In this document: in pieces, positions 56,914-64,000 of the stretch | Layout of the letters: each line of letters starts with the position of its first letter | Position numbering within the stretch: position 1 is the first letter of the stretch | Source of the DNA: Psammoneis japonica | Lineage: Eukaryota | Length of the DNA stretch: 64,000 nt | Assembly (NCBI GenBank): GCA_008632985.1 | Contig: QPGO01000024.1 | Location: 62,001-126,000, forward strand | Direction: 5' to 3' | Made by a program: the position numbers and the translations under genes | Notes under the pieces: model-generated | What the model was told of the DNA's origin: nothing | Seen by the model: only the letters and a program-made list of their open reading frames with translations | Databases searched by the model: none

Positions 56914-58550
56914 CTGGCTGCATGCCCAATGCCCTGTGGCATTGTTGTGCAATTCTGTCATGGCAAAGCATCTTTGCTTCCACAATTCTGTCTGTGTTGG
57001 TCTCAGTGTCAGAATCTTTGCATGTGCCACATTTGCAACCAAAAATTGTTCTTTTCATCTGAATCAATTGTCTCAACTGACACAAAGGGGGGGGGGGGGG
57101 GGGGGCAGATGGAGTGTCCACAGGTGGCAAAATTGTTTTCCCTGCAGATGACACACAGATGCAAGGAAGGACATTTGAGTGCGGATTTGGAACAAGCTGG
57201 AAGAGCTGGCTCCAGATCCAGCTGTCAATGGTTTGGAGGTCCCACCCATTTCACTGCTGAGTTTCATGCACTGTCCCATGGCAAAGCACACCACGGGCTG
57301 CATCTGGCTGCATTGACACCGGGGAGGGCAAAAAAGAGCAAGGTGTTGTGACCGCGATTGTCGCTTTGATGAGGAAGCAAAAATGTTCCAAACAAGAAAA
57401 GACATGGGAGAGTCACAGGTGCCAACAATTGTTTGTTGCAGTGTCCAATGACTGCATTTGCTGTGTGAATTTGCTCCTCTTCTCTCTAAAAAAAAGCTCC
57501 GTTGTTTCTTTTCTGCGTCATGCGCGGTTCATTGTCAACGCATCTGTCATGGCAAACTTGCAAAAACAAAAATGATGCTGTTCACATGTGTGCATTCCTT
57601 GGACGCTGATGATTGCATCTGCAGCAGAAATGAACCCAGTGATTGCAGACTTGTTTGTGCACTGGTTGTGAGGGCCCTGCAGAAGTCAGCAAAAACACAC
57701 TGCTTCTTGTTTGCATGTCTGGGTGTGGCATGACAGTCAACAGTGCCAAGAAATCCAGCACAACCTTCAAAATGAGCACTGTTTTGTGGTGGTGTGACTG
57801 CACTCTCATCTTAATTGACTTTGCGGCCGTTGATCTGCAAACAATCAACAAGCCCTGCAGTGGGTGGGAAATGCATTGTTCTCTGTTGTTCTGAGCATTG
57901 CACGTGGGGCGCAACTTCAAACAGCCACATCATGTGCCACAACAATGTGCAGCTTCACATGCAAAACATGGGGTGATGATGTGTGAGCCTCAAGCAACCA
58001 GGAGGTGCTGACAACTTTCCAATCCGACCAAAGCAACCCGGATGTTGTCGGGGCTCTTGGCTTGCCAAAATCAGGTGATTTTGCCAAATCCAACCAGCCA
58101 TCCACACGGGGCAGTGTTCTGTCACAGGTGCAGGCAGGCACACATTTGTGTCCTGTCACTCGCAAACCACAGCCAATGTGGCAACAATGTTTGATTTGTC
58201 AATGTGCTCACATTGGGGCTGCAGAAAGCAGCAAGATTTGGATGACAAGCTGACAGCGCCATTGTCGTTTTGCACTTGTTTGCCTTTTGGCAAGTGCAAA
58301 CTTCAACTCAGCAGGTGCCAAAAATCCAGCACATGCTGGTTGGTGGATGCAACAGAGCTGGAGCAAGCGACCGACAGAGCATGACAAAAAGCCGAGTCAG
58401 TGCGGCGCTTTGTTTTGTAGGGCCCTAGTCTGCAGCACTGCACCTGCCGGCATGATGTGTGACAGATGTTGTTGCGACCTTTTGCGCCCGTCTGCAAAAC
58501 ATCTGCGAGATGTCCTTGGCCAATCAGAATCGATGTCACAGAAAGGCACC
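56914..58550. other. Decayed TpA-depleted repeat block with a poly-G run
   Basis: Composition; G-run at ~57087-57105. Confidence 0.5.
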
Positions 58551-58923
58551 ACACAAACAAACGTATGATGTTCTCCTATCGAACCCTAAATACTCTAAAT
58601 GTCTCTGTTGGTATTATTTATTATCAACATCATTATTCATACTTAAAAAGCATATTATATTATAAAATGTCAGATAAGTGTCGTCATGAATTGCTATTAC
58701 GTCAGCTGAAAGATGTCAAGATGCAGCCAATCAAAGCCGCCGATCGGGGCGCCATCACTGATGACTCACATCAAACATCAACGGGATGCACCAAGTCGAT
58801 ACAAAAACAGATAGAGGAGGAAGGCAACGACGTTAATCATTTCCCGGTAGGGCCTACCGGTATAGCAGAACACGAGAATACGACTTGTTGGTGTGTTAAG
58901 TCACTCACAAGAAACATATAGCA

Positions 58924-60177
58924 ATGATGGCACCAATGCCTCTGCAGCAAAGCGTTGAACCGCAAGTGCGAGCTAAAGAACATACTGCCGGGACTGGTGT
59001 CACGAGCAAAAGAAGTGTGCGTAGCCTCGGGCTTTGCCGTACGAGGACGCTTCATGCGTTGGCTTCTTCTTGCTCCTCTACAGTTTCCACTGCTTCAACA
59101 CTACTGTCAAAGTCTTCGTCGTCATTGTCGGCGAGAGATTTTGAAGATCGTGACACGACCAACTGGCTCGGTGTTGATGTCAAGCGAGTCACTGGAGGTC
59201 AATCATGTGCGCCCGATTTTAACACGAATGAAGTTCGAGTCGCAATCGAGCCTTATATTGCGAGAGCGCGGCTGCAACGAGATCAATCACGGAAAACATC
59301 TCACCTAGAGGTTGACGCCTCGATCGCGAGCGCGGTCGGTGTACCTTATCCTTCACTAAGATCAGAACGTCGCTTTCTTTTCGACGTGGAAACTTTTCCC
59401 ATTCACCAAGTACTTGCGAAAACGCTTTGTGTTGAGGACCTTTCTTCGATTCACAAGCATCAAATTCAAGACAAACGCATTCTGATGGCACCGCTACTCG
59501 ATCGACAGCGCCGGCGTCAATTTCACGAGTGCTACGATAATTTTGTTACTTCGTTTTGCATTCCGCTGTTGCATTCGTGGGCGATGACGAAGGGCGTCTT
59601 GCAGCTGTCATCATCCTCATGCGCGTCATCCAAGATAAGCTACCGCTATCAAGCATTTCCATCAATCAGTGTTATGAGACCTGGCGAATCATTGTCGGGG
59701 CCTCATTGTGATGCTGCCCGTGGCCACAGCATCGCATGCCTCAACTTCCACATACCACTTACTGGTGCCTTTGGGACAAATGCCGTGTTTGCCGAGTCAC
59801 ATCCTGGACGAGAAGACTGGCATCCTCTCAGCACCAAATCTGTTGGTCTTGGTTATCTCTTTGACGGTGCCAGATGTATACACTTTACCACTGTCAATAC
59901 CACCGATCGCACCAGAGTGTCGCTAGATTTTCGTGTCGCGATTTACCGAGAAAAACGATTCAGCGGTAGCTTTGGCGAAGAATTATGTACAAAGGATGTA
60001 CTGGAGGACCGCTTCTCGCTCTCCGGACCTGGCTATTACGACGAAGCAACCATTGACAATGCGCTTTCTGAAGAAACCTCGATCCTGGGTCCGGTTGTTG
60101 CGAAAAAGTATGGCGACTACTTGCTCGATCCAGATGAGAGAGTTGGCTTCCCTTTTGACAAGCTTCATTCAAACTGA
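58924..60177 (+). CDS. Putative 2OG-Fe(II) dioxygenase-like (StrG-like) protein
   Basis: YQAFPSI, PHCD (HxD), LNFHIPLT, IHFTTVNTTDRTRVSLDFRV (distal His and RxS). Confidence 0.7.
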   Translation: MMAPMPLQQSVEPQVRAKEHTAGTGVTSKRSVRSLGLCRTRTLHALASSCSSTVSTASTLLSKSSSSLSARDFEDRDTTNWLGVDVKRVTGGQSCAPDFNTNEVRVAIEPYIARARLQRDQSRKTSHLEVDASIASAVGVPYPSLRSERRFLFDVETFPIHQVLAKTLCVEDLSSIHKHQIQDKRILMAPLLDRQRRRQFHECYDNFVTSFCIPLLHSWAMTKGVLQLSSSSCASSKISYRYQAFPSISVMRPGESLSGPHCDAARGHSIACLNFHIPLTGAFGTNAVFAESHPGREDWHPLSTKSVGLGYLFDGARCIHFTTVNTTDRTRVSLDFRVAIYREKRFSGSFGEELCTKDVLEDRFSLSGPGYYDEATIDNALSEETSILGPVVAKKYGDYLLDPDERVGFPFDKLHSN

Positions 60178-60308
60178 GTCCTACCAGTATCTTCAGTCTA
60201 CGCAAACCTCATTTTAGCTTCCCTTGCTGTTCTTGATCATAGCTGTTAATAACTATTATGTAAATAAACCTGCTTAGCTACATGACAGTACATATTCTGG
60301 AGCAATGA

Positions 60309-61708
60309 TTATATCAGCTGCAATTGCTTCCGCTCCCATCCGTATGAATCTTTGTGTCTATTAAAAAGCCCAATCAATTCGTCTACCTCAAGTGATTGCC
60401 GACGAAAAGGATCGGCAGCAAACGGAAATCAAATCAGCGGAATTAATTGAGATACCATCAAAAGGACCGTCACATCTCGTTTCAAAAGTGACAAGTAATG
60501 GCAGAGCGGCACCATTCCCTGGCTAAGTGTAACTTACCACAGAATCGCTCATGCATTTCATTCACCTGGCGATCGAAGTCAGGGCTCCCTTCAATGGGCG
60601 GTTGTTGACCGACATCCATATAAGGTGGGAGTATCGGCCTCCCAATGACGTACATGAGTCGTTGACGAAATGGTATGGGAAGCCCCCCTTGCCCAAAGAA
60701 GAGGCAGAGACTGATTCGAAGCATATTTGACAACTTTTCGAATATGTGAGGGAGCTGCACCCTTTTCATTAACTTGCTCGCTCCAAAACAATATACTGGA
60801 ATGACTAGTGTGCACAACCAATTTGAAGAGCGAAAGTTATGTGAGATAGAGGAAGCGAGTGGAGCCTGTCATCTAAGGCAGGGAAGCATACCTGGCCGAC
60901 CGTGTTTCACCGCCATTCTCACAAAACCTTTGCGAGGCTTGATAATCGCGTATTCGTCATCAGGATGTGTCCCAAGCTTTGGATATCCAACGAACATCTC
61001 GGCGATCCCACCAGGCGCTAGGCCAATTCGTGAACCTTCCTCTAGAGCGCGATCTACTGAAGATCGTGATGCATCGCTAGAAGAATGATAAAGTGTCACA
61101 AGCGTTAGCAGTATTTGCTAGCAAAGGTCCGCACAATCAAACATATACGATCAGACTTACACTGCGCCTAACCAACCGAGAATTGTTCGAACAAGCGGAA
61201 AGAGAGCGGTAGCAGTTGCTACAACAGGTCGAAACTCACCGAAAGCCTCAACCGCCGCTTGCGGTAAGGCAGCAAAGGCGAGCGCAAAAGGGAAAATGCC
61301 GTGGGGGATGATAGCAAGGATGGCTTTCTCTTTTTGTAAGTTGGAGGTTTCGCTGTTATATCTATCAGCGACGACTTCAAACGAAAGGAATTTCAGCCAC
61401 GATGCCCAAAGTCGCCACTTTCGTGCATTGAGCCATTTGCCAACACGAATCGATCGGTGGGGACCCACAATGGCCATAGCGAGCAACGACATTAACATCG
61501 TGCCATACACAGCACGTCTCTTACGATCTGTCTTGGGGACACGTCGCCATCTCTTCCACAACGCTGTATACATGAGAGGAACCCAAACGGGAGATCCCAC
61601 AATTAACAACGAGCTGAGGGCCACAACGGCTCGGTCAAAACGGGAAGGTGTTGATGAAACATGGACTAGAACGCGGCTTTCTGGAGGCCGAACCGCGGTT
61701 TGCTTCAT
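60309..61708 (-). CDS. DGAT2: Type-2 diacylglycerol acyltransferase, 4 exons
   Basis: IIPHGIFPF, LAPGGIAEMF, RKGFVRMAVKHG, IPVYCFG, VIGRPI, final exon DELIGLFNRHKDSYGW; GT-AG introns join the ORF pieces. Confidence 0.9.
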
Positions 61709-61798
61709 CTTGTTTCACGATTTCTTTTGCGACAGTTGCATAAATAGCGAATGAGATGCGGACTCGACCACGCCATTTCGATCGCTCTGGGAAGCTCT

Positions 61799-61821
61799 TC
61801 TCTCTCTCTCTCTCTCTCTCT
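61799..61821 (+). repeat. (TC)n microsatellite upstream of DGAT2
   Basis: tctctctctctctctctctctct. Confidence 0.85.
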
Positions 61822-62501
61822 ACGTATGTATGTGTAAGCTGTTGTTTGGCACTGTTTTCCCCTTCCCTACCGGTTCCGGTTAATACCGCTATTATTTTGT
61901 GTGTGCACCGACTGACTCCCGACTCCCGACTCCCGCCGACTCCATCGATCCTTAGCCTTTTATCCAGCACACACAACACACACAACATCATTGTGCGCTC
62001 TTTCCGCTCCGCTGGTAGTCTACCGGTATCGACACTGCCAAACGAGCGCACAAGCAAATTTGAAATTTCACACGAACTATACACGTATTCGTAGCTAAAT
62101 AAAAAATAATGATAGAAACGGTATGTTTCCGGGTTTCTGCCACCGACTTGAAGGAAAGTGCGACTCAGATCGCTCCAGGTTTCTCGTGCAAGGGCAACCT
62201 GAATGGAACGCTTTTGCCTTTTGGTACCTCTCTTGTTGCTCCCTTGCCTCCTAGTAGGTATCAGCCTCGTCTGAATTGGGAAGCCTTTCGTTCGAGAGGT
62301 AACTAGTTCAGTGTTGTCGTTGCAGCAGCTTTCATATCGGCACCGAAAAGCTTCCAGGCGGGACTGAAATTGATCTGGTCTGGTCACATTCTGGTCAGAA
62401 AGATTGTTTTGCATGTTTGGTCGGATTGGTTTGGTTGTAGGAGAACGAAGTTGCCTCTTTAGGTACCGTCTCTCGGCGTCCACTCTCGGCAAGTTCTAAG
62501 C

Positions 62502-64000
62502 ATGCCCCCAATGGCAGCTATCCAGCCTCATGCTCAGACAATGCAGTCACAGCCCAACCCCCCTTTGCGGCGCGCTGTTTACATTCATGTCTCGGATCTG
62601 ACCAATGCGTATAACATTGATCATTCGAAATTGGATCAAGAATTAAATCGCGTTTTAGCTAAGCGTACGCCCCCAGTGGCCACGGCGTCAGAAGAACGGA
62701 CGCGTGCTTCGACTGCCGAGACAGAAAGCAGTGTCCTTCCGCTGCCGCAGAAGCGGCTTCAGCCACCTCGCGGGGGCTTCAACCTTTGCGTGTAAGGAGC
62801 TTCATTGTTGGAAACATGTGATCGTTGTTCTTCTCATCTTGGCATCTCATGCAGTGTTACTCTTTTCTGCTATGTCCATCTCTAGCCTTGTTGGAACGGT
62901 TAATGTGGTCGTGGACAAGCTCAGGGTGGACCGGTCTCGAGTTCGCTTGGCGGAGGTTGAGATTGGTGATGAAACAGGCACTGTTTCTCTTCGTGCTCGA
63001 GACGACCAGATTGACATTTTGCAAGAAATTTCAGATCGATCGGGGGCTGCGGTGCTGCGAAATTGTACTCTTGAACTCTACCAAGGCAGACATCTTCGTC
63101 TAGCTGTAACAAAGTGGGGAAAGCTGAGAGCGTACCCTGACCAAGTCCCTAGTACCCCACCCCCACCATCCAAAATGAATCGCGATCGCAATTTCTCTTT
63201 AATAGATTTAAGCTTCGTGGCAAGTGAAATGGTTGACCAGTCTTCTGCAGAGACTGGCTTCGGTCAATCTAGACAGAAGACTCCGGAACCTGACAGTGAC
63301 CGGCAGACATCAAGAACTATGTCCACTCGCCAGCAGCACTTCCAGAGTAGTCAGCACAACCGAAGAGGATCGAGAGACCGCACTAAACAGCAACGGCCGC
63401 CAAAATCTAGCGGCGGACATTCATTGTCGATGGGGTATCAAGATACCGGTGTACGTGCGCCTATCGGGTATTCTGGAGTGCACACTTTCTCTCCCGCCTA
63501 TAGCGAACAAATCCCTCCTTATCCATACCCGTCGCCCTCCCATAGGCCGCAGGATACTTCTAGCCTTTCTCAACCCCCTCCTCAGTTGTTACTACAGCAG
63601 TACGAGCTACAGCAGCAGCGAATGCAGATGCAAATGTACCAGGAACACGAGAGCCGCCGACTGCTTGGGAGTCAACCAAGCCATCAGATGCCGCAGTCGT
63701 CGGTCCTCCTCCCTGGTGTGGTTGGCACAGGAAGTTTTGATCTTGGTGATTATCAGGCTTCATCAATGAAAAGTAGCACTGACCAGCATCCCACAGTTGT
63801 CCCTGTTGTGGGGACAAACCAACTCTTTGTTCCGGTTTCAAGCCTTGCTGCTGGGAGTTCGCAAGTTTCTTCCGGGATGCCTCATCAGGAAAGCTATGGG
63901 GATGTCGTCGCCGGGCGTAAGGCCAGAGTGAGTGGAACGTCCAATTTAGAACCCGGTGCTCGTACTTCCTTGAGTTCGGAAACAGACCAATCGAAGAAAA
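62502..64000 (+). CDS. OB-fold nucleic-acid-binding protein with a low-complexity C-terminus (3'-partial)
   Basis: Intron 62792-62885 gives GGFNLCV|LVGTVNVV...RLAEVEIGDETGTVSLRARDDQ...LRLAVTKWGK; the frame appears to stay open to the window end. Confidence 0.8.

Noticed and set aside
58844..58860. Hairpin ccggtagg-g-cctaccgg as a terminator
   Set aside because: Eukaryotic context, upstream of a gene, with no U-tract.
1..64000. CRISPR array or prokaryotic defence operon
   Set aside because: No regularly spaced repeats or operon structure seen; the window is eukaryotic.

Overview
Eukaryotic DNA, most likely from a pennate diatom. The evidence is compact genes, short GT-AG introns, a bipartite plastid-targeting presequence and diatom-type Copia/Gypsy elements. 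Three gene islands (~16.1-28.7, ~40.5-49.8, ~58.9-64 kb) encode proline iminopeptidase, a nucleotide-sugar transporter, a SpoU methylase, poly(A) polymerase, a histidine phosphatase, DUF711, MFSD5, an LRR protein, a flavin oxidoreductase, a ferredoxin-like protein, a 2OG-Fe(II) oxygenase-like protein, DGAT2 and an OB-fold protein. They alternate with transposon-rich blocks. The strongest signal is a repeat-domain-restricted hypermutation TpA->TpG/CpA: A->G on either strand, preferring 5'-TAY, the opposite direction to fungal RIP. It is seen directly by comparing the two LTRs of one Gypsy insertion and in Tyr->Cys/His substitutions across two Copia pol genes. Also notable are a Copia copy integrated with inverted U5 ends and a perfect 5-bp TSD, a TRIM-like element with a palindrome at its PBS position, and a cysteine-deficient ferredoxin resembling the complex I bridge subunit. 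All counts are manual and all homology calls are from motif recognition; no searches were run.
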